Assembly (NCBI GenBank): GCA_000004695.1
Contig: CM000152.2
Coordinates: 1,536,001-1,600,000 of the forward strand
Length of the DNA stretch: 64,000 nt
From: Dictyostelium discoideum
Lineage: Eukaryota
Direction: 5' to 3'
Of the stretch, positions 13,682-32,997 are shown piece after piece. The notes beneath the pieces were generated by a model. That model worked only from the letters and a program-made list of their open reading frames with translations. It had not been told where the DNA came from and did no database searches. The position numbers and the translations under genes are program-made. The first letter of the stretch is position 1; each line of letters opens with the position of its first letter.

Positions 13682-14496
13682 CCTCCCATGTGTGTGAATT
13701 TTTTTTATTTTTTTTTTTTATTTTTGGGAAAACAGATTCAAAAATTTTATATGTATTAATTTCACCAATAATTATTAATATAAAAAAAAAAAATAATAAA
13801 ATTATGATTTGATAATAATAATAATAAATCATTGTATGTTTAACTTTTCATAATTGATTAGATTGTTTTGTTTTGTTTTGTTTTTTTTTACATTTTTTAC
13901 CATTGATAAGTTTAATAGATATATACTATTTATGTATATTTTTTAAGAGGTTTCATAAATCTATTATAAAAAATCTCAAAAAAAAAAAAAAGATAATCTA
14001 AAAAGTTAGGTTAAAACAAATTTTATTTTTGGGAAAAATAATATATCTCAACCCACGTTTGGTAATAAAAAAAAAAAAAAAAAAAATTAAAAAAAATATA
14101 AAAAAAAAAATAATATTAATTTTATTTTATTTTTTAAATACATCTCTCCCATACACACCAAAATGGTTTTATCCAATAAAAAATAAAAATTAAAAAATTA
14201 ATGATTAGAAAATAAAAAAAAAAATTGGATATTATTATAAATGACGTAAATTTAAACATTGGGTAATAATCCAAAAATAACAGTGAGAAAAAATAAAAAA
14301 TGGGTTAACTATAACTATAAATATGTTTATTTGTTTTTTTTTCCATTTTTTCCATTTTTTTTTTTTTTTTTCAATAATAAAATTAAATTTTACATTAAAT
14401 AATAATATAATAAAAAAAAAAAAAAAAAATAAAAAAATTAAAAAAAAAAGTAAAGGAAAAATACCTATAAATATTTTAATCATTTTTTTTTTTTAA

Positions 14497-14956
14497 ATGC
14501 CGAGTAGCTCTTTTAACAATCAAAAGAATACAAATACAAATAAAAGTACTAGAGACCTAAAAAAGAAGAAATCTTCAAAATTTAATTTATTTATTTATAT
14601 AAAAACTTGTATTTCCAATAATGACTTTAATAAGTAATTATTTAAAATTAAAAAATTAAAAAAAAAAAAAAAATAATTTATACTAAAATTAAAAAAAAAA
14701 AAAAAAAATAGAATTTTTGTCAAAATTGGTAAATAAAAATAATGATGAAAATAATGGATCAATTTCAATGAATAGAATTGAAAGTAGAAGTAGTATTAAT
14801 ACATCAGAGATTGATATTTTTAATTATAATACTATATCAAGTTGTAACAATACTCCTCAACCATCACCATATCACCAAAATAGATTCAATCAACCAAATT
14901 TTTTTGAAGAAATTAAAAGAGAAGATGATACAAGATTATTGGCATATTCTTTATAA
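14497..14956 (+). CDS. Possible small two-exon gene (tentative exons 14497..14633 and 14776..14956) for a basic Asn/Ser-rich protein.
   Basis: ATG at 14497 (MPSSSFNNQKNTNTNKSTRDLKKKKSSKFNLF...). A GTAATT donor at 14634 joins in phase with the AATAG acceptor at 14775, linking to the track ORF at 14717..14956 (…IESRSSINTSEIDIFNYNTISSCNNTPQPSPYHQNRF…). Only splice phase and coding-like composition support it, and an alternative acceptor at 14711 is out of phase. Confidence 0.3.
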
Positions 14957-15166
14957 TTTTTAATAAAAATCTAAATGCATATAGAAATTCATTATTAATA
15001 ATTTTTTTTATTTATTATTATTATTTAATTAATAAAAATTAAAAATTAAATATAATAATTTAAAAAATTATGGTATAATTTGAGATATTCTGTAAATTAT
15101 TTTCTATTTTTGGAATTATTTAATCAAAAAAAATTGGAATTTAAAAGTGTTTAAAAATAAGTTTGG

Positions 15167-15197
<31 letters not shown>

Positions 15198-15324
15198 TTA
15201 GAAGTCGAAATTTGAATTTTTATTTTTCATTTTTTTTTTTTATTTTTTTTTTTATTTTTTTTTTTTTTAACCCTTCATTGTATTATATTTATACATATAT
15301 ATAATTAACATTTCAAAATAAGAA

Positions 15325-16389
15325 ATGTTTCAAACAAGTGGACTATTCGGACAAGCCTCTACTACAACAGGTGGTGGTTTGTTTGGTACAGCAGTAACAC
15401 CAACATCAACTGGTGGTAGTGGATTATTTGGTACAAGTACATCAATAGCTCCAACATCAACTGGTGGTGGATTATTTGGCACAAGTACAGCAGTAACACC
15501 AACATCAACTGGTGGGGGTGGATTATTTGGTACAAGTACAGCAGTAGCACCAACATCAACTGGTGGTGGTGGATTATTTGGTGGTGGTGGTGGTGGAGGT
15601 CTTACATCAAGTATTGGTCCACAAGGTGGTGGTGGTCTATTTGGAAGTACAACATTACCAACATCAACAAGTGGTAGTGGTCTATTTGGTGGTCAATCTT
15701 CAATTGGATTTGGTCAACCCAATAGTGGTAGTGGTAGTGTTAGTGGTGGTCTATTCGGCTCTACTTCAGTACAACAACCACAACAACAACAACAACAACC
15801 ACAACAACCTTTAATTACAGAATCAACTAAATTCTCTGATTTACCACCACAATTAAAGAATGAATTACAAATTTTAAAGTATGTACAAGTAAATATATCA
15901 ATTAATTAACAACAACAATAATATATTAATAATTTATTTAATTTTTAAAATGATAGTAAAATGATTATAAATAATAATTCATTAATGAATTCATTTTCAA
16001 ATTATGATACAAAGATAAATGAAATATCGATTGGGTTGGATCAAGTTGCATCAGTTATGGATAATTTATTTAACAATTTCGATATTCATATTCAATCATT
16101 TAAATATTTAGAAGAATCATTAGCAAAACCATTGAATTCAGTGAATGAACAAGTTCATCTTTTATCAACACAATTTCATTCACCATTTTCACAAGCAAGA
16201 CCTTCAAAAGAGATGGAAATTATCGTTGATAGTTTAGTTGAAAAAATTGATCGTATTAAACAAACTATATTATGTGTTACTCCAACTAATAAATCACAAT
16301 CTCAAAATTTATCATTTCAAGAATGTAATATATCAATATCATATAAAAAAAAAAAAAAAAACTAATACATATATAAATATAAATATTAA

Positions 16390-16425
<36 letters not shown>

Positions 16426-17266
16426 CTCTCTTTTATTTATAGCATTTATATCAACATTACAATCAAATCAAATTATATTAAGAAATTTAGCATATATAGT
16501 GGATAATTTAGTAACAGAATTAGAAAGACATAAAAAACACTTTTTATTATATAAAAAAAAATATTATAATCAAAATTATAATCCATTTCTAAAACAACCA
16601 AAATTAAATGAAAAAACAGATTATCATGGTAGTAGTAGTCTTCATCATTCTCATTTTTCACAATCATCAAATCTTTTATCATCACAATCATCATTATTTG
16701 GATCTTCAATGTATGGAAGACAATCTCAACAACAACAACAACAACAAAACCCACAACAATCTCAATATTTACAATCATCAACATTTCAACCAATACAAAC
16801 ATCAACATCTTTTTTTAATCCAACATCAACAACAACAACAACGTCATTTGGCTTAACCAATAATAATAATAATAATAATAGTTTGGCAAGTAATAATAGT
16901 AGTGGTGGTAGTAGTGGTTCTAGTTTAGGTAGTTTAGGTAGTTTAGGTAGTGGTAGTGGAAGTGGATTATTTGGGAGTACAGCTACAAATAATAGTTTAG
17001 GTAGTACTTCAAGTAGTGGTAGTACAAGTAGCTCAATTGGTGGATCAAATTCAATCGTTATACCACCATTAGCAATTGGATCAATCACTAATAATAACAG
17101 TGGTGGTGGTTTATTTGGGAGTTCTAACTCATCATCAAACTCTTTAAATTCATTATCAACCTCATCAAGTAATCTCTTTGGACCACCTCAAACACCAACT
17201 TTATCAGGACAAGGTTCTACACTTGGCTCTGTGGTTTTTCAATCTCTGGTTCAGCTTCAAATTTAG
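15325..17266 (+). CDS. FG-repeat nucleoporin with a Nup58/Nup49-like domain order (GLFG repeats, central alpha-helical region, C-terminal FG/SLFG repeats). Three exons: 15325..15878, 15957..16324, 16443..17266.
   Basis: The N-terminus has more than 10 GLFG or LFG repeats separated by S/T/G spacers (GGGLFGTSTAVTPTSTGGGGLFG...). The middle is a predicted coiled coil (PPQLKNELQIL..DQVASVMDNLFNNFDIHIQSFKYLEESLAKPLNSVNEQVHLLSTQ). The C-terminus is again SLFG/GLFG-rich (SGSGSGLFGSTATNNSLGS...GGGLFGSSNSS...NLFGPPQTPT). Introns: GTATGT...GATAG (phase 2) and GTAATA...TTTATAG (phase 1). Intron 2 contains (CA)17(CT)5. Confidence 0.6.
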
Positions 17267-17378
17267 ATACACCAAATAGAAAGAAAAATTCATTAAATTC
17301 TTCAAAAAGATAATTGATTTGGGTGGGGGAATAGTATTTTAATAATAATCAAAGACATGAAAAAAAAAAAAAAGAATG

Positions 17379-17411
<33 letters not shown>

Positions 17412-17554
17412 AATAATTAAATAATAAAATAATAAAAATAAATAAAAAAGAATCAATTAACTTTTGAAATAATTAAATAAAATAAATAAAATTTATTATA
17501 AACAATTATTATATAATTAAATTTAACATTTTTATATTGATGATTTATTTATAT

Positions 17555-18042
17555 TTATTTATCAGAATTTAAAACTAAAAATGCTAAATTTCCAGCGAAA
17601 TTATTTGATTGTACAACTTTATTATCAGAGGTTAAAATGTATTGATCACCAAGTGGCATTATACCAGAGTTGTCACTAATTTCTGGTATAATATTTGATT
17701 TTCCAGTTTTTGTATTAATTAATTGAGCTGAAAATTGTTTAAAGAATAAATAAGATATTGGTTTTGGTCTACCAATAAAACATGTTGCTACACCATTTTC
17801 AGTTGTTAAAAATATTTTCCAATTTTCATTTGTTCCTCCTGAAAAAAAAAAATTAAAAATATAATGATGATTGATGTATTAATAAATAAAAAAAAATAAA
17901 AAAAATAAAAAAAAGTATAATAAATTATTTTTTTAATATAAATAATAAATATAAATATCATACCTGTTGCAGCAAAACTAAAAATACATTTATAATTTTC
18001 CTAAAATAAATTAAATAAATTAAATTAAATTAATTAAACAGT

Positions 18043-18073
<31 letters not shown>

Positions 18074-18260
18074 TCATAATTAAAAAATATTATTAATAAT
18101 AAATTATACTACTACTACCACAACCTACTAAAACTAATTCAACAGTATCTAAATTACCTTCTGGTTTAATATTAAATTCTTTATCAATTTCTTCAGACAA
18201 GGAATTTGTAACCATTAAAAAAATAGTACAAAGAATTAATAAATATTTTAAAAAAGTCAT
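17555..18260 (-). CDS. Small secreted protein (about 150 aa) with an N-terminal signal peptide. Three exons: 18260..18129, 17990..17954, 17838..17555. Not represented as a gene in the ORF track.
   Basis: Reverse-strand ATG at 18260 gives MTFLKYLLILCTIFLMVTNSLSEE (hydrophobic signal then polar region). Intron 1 has a GTAGGT donor and TTATTTTAG acceptor. Exon 2 is 37 nt (ENYKCIFSFAATG). Intron 2 has a GTATGA donor and TTTTTTTTCAG acceptor. Exon 3 encodes GTNENWKIFLTTENGVATCFIGRPKPISYLFFKQFSAQLINTKTGKSNIIPEISDNSGIMPLGDQYILTSDNKVVQSNNFAGNLAFLVLNSDK. Phases are 0 and 1 and consistent. No recognisable family. Confidence 0.5.
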
Positions 18261-18448
18261 TATTATTGTTATTGTTATTGGTATTGTTATTGTTGTTGTT
18301 GTTTTTATGGTAGTTTATTATTAAATTGTTATTTAAAAATATAATGGTTTGATGATGACAGACAATGGCACCACAGAGTGTGAAAATTTTTAATTTTTCA
18401 TTTTTTTTTTTTTTCATTTTTTTTTTTTTAAATTTTTTTTTTTTTTTT

Positions 18449-18489
<41 letters not shown>

Positions 18490-18714
18490 AAAAATGTTTA
18501 TCCAAAAACAAAATTTTTTATTTTAAAAAAAAAAATTATTTCAAACACACACATCCACACCACCCATTCATATATCCAAAAAAAAAAAAAAAAAAAAATA
18601 TAAAATAAAAAAGAAAAAAAAAAAAAACTATTCATTTTTCATTTGTTAATTATCCTTGTTAATTAAGGGATACAATATAAAATAATTTTCAATAACAAAT
18701 TAAAATAAATAATA

Positions 18715-18962
18715 ATGGTTAATAATTTTAGCAGCAATGGAAGTGATTTTATAAATAATATCAACAACAACAACAATAACAACAGTAACAACAACAGTAA
18801 CAACAACAATTACAATTACAGTAATAAATTTAATTTAGAGGAAGAAAGAATACCAAATTTAAGAAGATCATGTTGTATTGTAAGAGTATCAGGAATTGAT
18901 CAAAGTAATGGAACAAATCCCAATTTACAATCTACTAGATCAAGATCATTTTCATATTCATC
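18715..18962 (+). CDS. Candidate 5-prime exon of the downstream peroxisomal protease gene (MVNNFSSNGSDFINNI...RRSCCIVRVSGIDQSNGTNPNLQSTRSRSFSYS).
   Basis: The protease ORF body at 19194.. has no ATG for its first 66 codons, although those codons already look like the start of a trypsin fold (NGKIIFSCSGFILDLEKGLIITSP). This upstream ORF ends at a GTAAAT donor (18963) in phase 2, which matches the TTTTACAG acceptor at 19219 (exon start 19220). The intron would be 257 nt, long but AT/T-rich. Confidence 0.35.
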
Positions 18963-19193
18963 GTAAATATTTCTTTTAATATCAAAAATATCTTTCACTA
19001 AATATATGTAACACACACACACTCCCAAAACTTTTTTTTTTTTTTCAGAATTTTTTATTTTCTTTTATTATCTATTCCTAAAAATTGTTTCACTTAAATT
19101 AATTTTTATTTTTCCCAAATTTTTATTTTCACAAAATATCTCCCCAAAAAAAAAATAAAAAAATAAAAAAATAAAAAAAAAAATCTAAATGTC

Positions 19194-21635
<2,442 letters not shown>

Positions 21636-22737
21636 AAATATTGTATATAATATAAAAATTATATAAACTACTTCAACCACTACTAGTATCAAATAAACAA
21701 TAAATAACAACAATAAAATAATTTAACAATAACCAAAAATAATTAATTAAAATTTAATGTATTAAAAAAAAAAAAAAAAAAAAGAAATAAAAAAATATTT
21801 ATAATATCATTTTTTTTTTTTTTTTTTTTATATACAAAAATATGGTTGATACCACAAATTAATTTTATTTTTATTTTTTTTTTTATTTTATTAATTCATT
21901 TTAATTGGTTGTTTTATATTATTATCATTATTATTCTATACCCCACATTGAAAGTTGTATAAAAAAAAAAAGTTGTATAATAAAAAAATAATAATATAAA
22001 TAAATAAATAAATATATTAAAATAGGAAAGAAAAAAAAAACAACAATAACAACAATAAAATAGAATCCCAATAAATTATAGCAACAAAATTTTTATATAT
22101 CTTGTTGAATGAGAAAAATAATTAATGATAACAACAACAAACAACAACAAACAACAAAAAACAACAACAATTCAATCCACCTCAATAATAATAATGATAA
22201 TGATAATAATAATTATAAAAATAAAAATAATAAAAAATAATAAAAATAATAATAACAATTACTATTTTGGATTGTGTAAGTGATAAAGACAATTGTGAAA
22301 GTGGGTGAAATTTTTCGTATTATTTATAAATAATTGAACACTCTATAATAACACCACTAACCAACCCTCTCAATAATAATATTATTAATAATAAAAACAA
22401 ATTTTTATATTTTAATTTTTATTTTTTTTTATTATTAAAAAAAATAAAAAAAACAATGATATTGATAATAGTGATAGTGATACACTCAATGCATTGTTTT
22501 GTTTATCATTAATATTGAACATGTATTTTTTTTTTAATCTCTAACCCTATTTTTAGCCTATTAGATCGGTTTAAATTATTAAAACAAATAATAATTATTT
22601 GGTAATTATGAGTGTTTAGAAAGAGAATAAAAAATTTTTTAATAATTTAAGGAAAATAACACACAAACACACTATCACCCACTCACATTATCACACACAC
22701 ATTTTCAAGCACACAATATTAACTCCCTCTAATTGGG

Positions 22738-22794
<57 letters not shown>

Positions 22795-23234
22795 CTTTGT
22801 CACATTATCATTATCATTATTAATTATAATTTATTAATAAATTTTTATCTTTTTTTTTTTTTTTTTTTTTTATTTTTTTTTATTTTTTTATTTAATTATT
22901 ATAATCAAAAAAATTGTTATTCTCATCATCAATAAAAAAATTTTAAAAAAAACAATTTTATCATCATTTCCATTTATATCCTATAATTTTAATAGAGAGG
23001 TGTATTGTCTGTTTTTGAAAGTGTGTAATTCATAATTATTGTTTTTATTTTTTTTTATTATTTTTTTATTATTTTTTTTATATTACTATATATTTTTTTT
23101 TTTTTTTTTTTTTTTTATAATATTTAATTTTTTTTATATTATAAATTATTTTATTCACCACCCATCAATAATAAAAATCAATAAGTAAAATAATTACATT
23201 TATCTTATTTATTTACCCTATATTAAAAATTTTA

Positions 23235-23272
<38 letters not shown>

Positions 23273-23275
23273 AAA

Positions 23276-23312
<37 letters not shown>

Positions 23313-23804
23313 ATGATAATTTGTAAATAAATAGTATATAATAAATATATGTGTATATATTTATTATCAATAATTTTCAAAATGTATGTTTTTCTTTTTA
23401 ATTACTATTTTTTTTTTTTTTTTAATTTTTTTTTTTTTTTTTTTTTTCTTCTTATACCCCATAAAAGTATTATTTGTTTTTGCCTTTGTTTTTTTTTTGT
23501 GAAAATAACACACACTACTACCCTGTTATAACCATTTAAAATATATTTTAATAAAAATGGAATTAGTATTTCGAAAAAAATACTTCAAATGTTTTTTATT
23601 CAAATAATATAGTCAAAAAATATTTTTTTATTTATTTTGTTTTTATTAAAATTTTTTTTTTTTTTTTTTTTTTGAAATAAATGTATTTTATATATATCTC
23701 ATTGTTAAAAATAAAAATAAATACTAACCATTTCTATTATTATTATTTTTTTTTATAACAAAATTAGAAATTTTATTTATTTATTTATTTTTGTATAAAA
23801 AATA

Positions 23805-27341
<3,537 letters not shown>

Positions 27342-27774
27342 ATAATTAAATAAAAAAAAAAAAGAATTAATAATAAATAAACAAATAAAAAAATGAATAA
27401 ATAAAAAAAAAAATAAAAAAAAAAGATGAATTTTATCTATTTTTAAATTTTTAGGGTAGTTTAATTATTTAATTTGTTTTTATTTTTTTATTTATTTTGA
27501 AAAATATCTATATAAAAAAATATATGTAAATTTTAAAAATAAATTAAATAAATATGAAAAAAAATAAAAAAAATAAAAAAAAAAGTGTCAAGATTAAGAA
27601 AAAAATGAAACAATTGTTTTTTTTGATTTTTTTTTATTTTTATTCTTTTTTTATTTTTTTTTTTTTTAATTTTTTAATTTTTTTTTTTAATTTTGATCAA
27701 TTTGAAATTAATTTTAAAAAAAAAAAAATTCTTTTCATTTATTTAAAATTCAAATTATCAACAACATGGCAGAA

Positions 27775-27811
<37 letters not shown>

Positions 27812-28577
27812 TTTCAACACCACCACATCAAAAACCACATTTAACAACTGGTTTAAGAACTTCAAGTTCTGGTTTATTAATGGATAAAAGAAGACAAGAT
27901 GAAGAGTATGTGTTTAAATATTATTTCATTTTTTTTTTTCATTTTTTTTTTTTTTTTATTTATTACAATACCTTTTTTTTTTTTTTTTTTTTTCTTTTTA
28001 TTTATATTATTTTATTATTATTTTTTTTTTTTTATATTGTAATTTGTTATTGATAAATATTTTTTTTTGTTTTGTTTTGTTTAATTTTTTTTTTTTTATT
28101 TATTTTTTTTTTATTTTTTTTATTTTTTTATTTTCATCAGTATTATCCTTTTTTGTGCAAATAGTGGTTAATGAACCCACATAAAAAAACATGATGAATA
28201 TTTTTTATAATCCCTTTAAGATTATAAAAAAAAAAAAATAATAATTAAAACCATTTATATTTATTGTCATTGTTGATTATTAGTATTTATATTTAATAAA
28301 TGGTATTTTATTAGTTGGTCTATTTATTATTTAACCCTAAAATAAAAAAAAAAAAATAAAAAAATTATAACAGTAATAATCAATAAAATAATATAAATAA
28401 AATAAAACAAATAATATAAATAAAATAATACAAATAAAATAATATAAATAATTTAAGCAAAAAATAATATAAATAATATTAATAAAAAAAAATACTATTT
28501 AAACTTGATATTAATTTTTTTCTTTAAATTTTTTTTTTTCTTTATTTTTTTTCTTTAATTTTTTTTTTTTTTTTTAA

Positions 28578-30821
<2,244 letters not shown>

Positions 30822-30939
30822 ATAAAATAAAAGAAAATAAAAACAAAATAAAAAAAACAAATAAAAAACTTATAATTAAAATAGAAATCTTTTTTTATTC
30901 ATTTTGAGTTAAGTTGATATCCAAACTTTATCATGTTTA

Positions 30940-31083
<144 letters not shown>

Positions 31084-31689
31084 ATTATAATTATATTTAC
31101 TAAGAAAAAAAAAAAATTTGGGTTTATTCTATTTAAATTATAAAAATGTATATTACTTGTTTTGGTCCTTTAATAAATAAGAGTTTTTTAAATTAATATT
31201 TTTTTATATATTTAATAGATTTTGGATGTCATTTTTTTTATTTTTTATACATTTTTTATTTTCTTTTTGGGTTAAGGTGTATAATTATTAAGTGGGGTTA
31301 TAGTTTGTTGTTGTGGTTTTGGGCCTTTAAACATTCTATTACCACTATTTCCTTGAAAATTATTATTATTATTGTTATTTTTAAGGTATTATTCTTTTTT
31401 AATTTAAATTATCGGATAGAATTTTAATTTAATTAAAATATAAAATTGTTATCATAATTATTAATTTTTATTAAGATATTGCTGTTGGAATGGTACTACG
31501 AAGGAGTCAGATGATGATTAATTAAATGAATTGGTAGAAGGAGATATTTTTGTCCTGATTTTGAAAATTTATAACAAAATGATTTCGTTAATTATTTGCC
31601 GATTTTTTTTTTTATTTTTAGAGTAATAATTATTATTCTAGAATAGCTAGTTTGTAACGCTTGTTGGTTAGCTTCGAGTATGAGAGTTT

Positions 31690-32180
31690 TTCATCTATGT
31701 TCGGTTCGTCGCTATACAGTTGATTGCATATCCAAACCTAAATTTTATGCAATATTAACGCTTTTATTTTTCTATATGCTGAATGTTCTGGATAAGTCAT
31801 AGTTTACACATTTATATCCCCATTCGAAGTATTCTTTATGGAATCTAAGGTTTGCGTAATCTATGTTAATTTCATGATCCATCTTCATGTTTGGAGGCAT
31901 TATTGTTTTAATTGTGTTGGTGGTTTTATTGTTGGATCTAGTTATTTGGTGTTTTCAATTTTTTCTGCGGCATGTGGTAATGTATATAAAGTTTTTCAAA
32001 CTATAGGTTGTATATTCTAATGTTCTTTTACATTTAAAGAAGAGGTGGCCATATGGGTCTTCATTACATAGCATACAATTTATAAGGTGAATATAGTTTA
32101 ATGGTAGACATCTTGCATGAAATCTAAACGTCGTATCTTTTGTTTTAATAAACCTTTTTTTTTTTTTTTTTTTTTTTTGA
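31690..32180 (-). mobile_element. 5-prime-truncated fragment of a TRE3-like non-LTR retrotransposon (3-prime part of ORF2). The left boundary is uncertain and may extend toward about 31200.
   Basis: 31690..32160 aligns by eye at about 65-70% identity and collinearly to 33250..33720 of the full-length element. Shared strings include ggtggccatatgggtcttc, gcatg[ag]aatctaaac and tcttttgtttta. A (T)24 run at 32155..32178 abuts its high-coordinate end. That run is the poly(A) tail of the next copy upstream. Confidence 0.45.
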
Positions 32181-32281
32181 TAAATAAACTATTGTAGTAT
32201 ACAATTAGTATATTATTTTTATTTATTTATTTTAGGTTTTTTAGTTTTTGTGAATTTAAAATGGAATGTTATTTTAGATTG

Positions 32282-32757
32282 GGTAATTAATAATTAATTG
32301 GTGGTGGAATTGTTGGAATTGGTTCATTTGTGATTATGCTCCATTCTTTTTTAAATTTTTTGATGGTTTAGGACCATTGGGTTTCTTTTTGAGTTTTTGT
32401 GAGTTGTTTTTAAGTGAGTTTTGGTTATAGATAATGTTCTTGAATATTCCAATTAGCTTGTGCCATTTTGATTTTAATATATCATAATCTAGTATTGTGT
32501 TTTTTATTTGATTGTTCCGATTATCAATTGATTGAGTTATATTGATGTCAAATAATGATTTGCATATCCATATCCATATTTGGTGAATAACTAATGAGAT
32601 TATGTTCCAATATGCATGTGTTTTGACTAGATCAAGATTTGTGTTTATATAATTCCAGTAGAATCTGTATTTTTTATTTTGTGCGTTTTCAGCAAAATTA
32701 ATAAACCAATGAACCAATTCCAACAATTACACCACCAATTAATTATTAATTACCTAA
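32282..32757 (-). mobile_element. Second 5-prime-truncated TRE3-like fragment (C-terminal 130 codons of ORF2 plus about 100 nt of 3-prime UTR and a poly(A) tail at 32155..32178), bracketed by a 48-bp inverted repeat.
   Basis: The track ORF at 32334..32726(-) reads ...HQIWIWICKSLFD...KSKWHKLIGIFKNI. This parallels the full-length ORF2 C-terminus ...HNIWIWICNQIYSED...LKKWHKLATLEYI. The left arm 32282..32330 (ggtaattaataattaattggtggtggaattgttggaattggttcattt) is the reverse complement of 32707..32754, matching 46 of 48 nt. Confidence 0.5.
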
Positions 32758-32814
32758 CCTAAAATAACATACCATTTTAATAAACCGAAATTCGTAAAAT
32801 TTTTTTTTTTTACC

Positions 32815-32827
32815 TAAAAGCGGTGTA
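32815..32827. repeat. Left copy of the 13-bp target-site duplication (taaaagcggtgta) flanking the full-length retrotransposon.
   Basis: An identical 13-mer occurs at 38031..38043 at the other end of the element. Immediately inside it is the element poly(A) tail (T-run on + strand, 32828..32894). Confidence 0.6.
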
Positions 32828-32831
32828 TTTT

Positions 32832-32899
<68 letters not shown>

Positions 32900-32997
32900 T
32901 GGATTAACAAGATTGATATATGTCCATCTGTGTTAATACGAGTTTTTATTTAATATTTATTTATAGGCTTATCATTTAAGCTGAAGGGTTATTTTAA

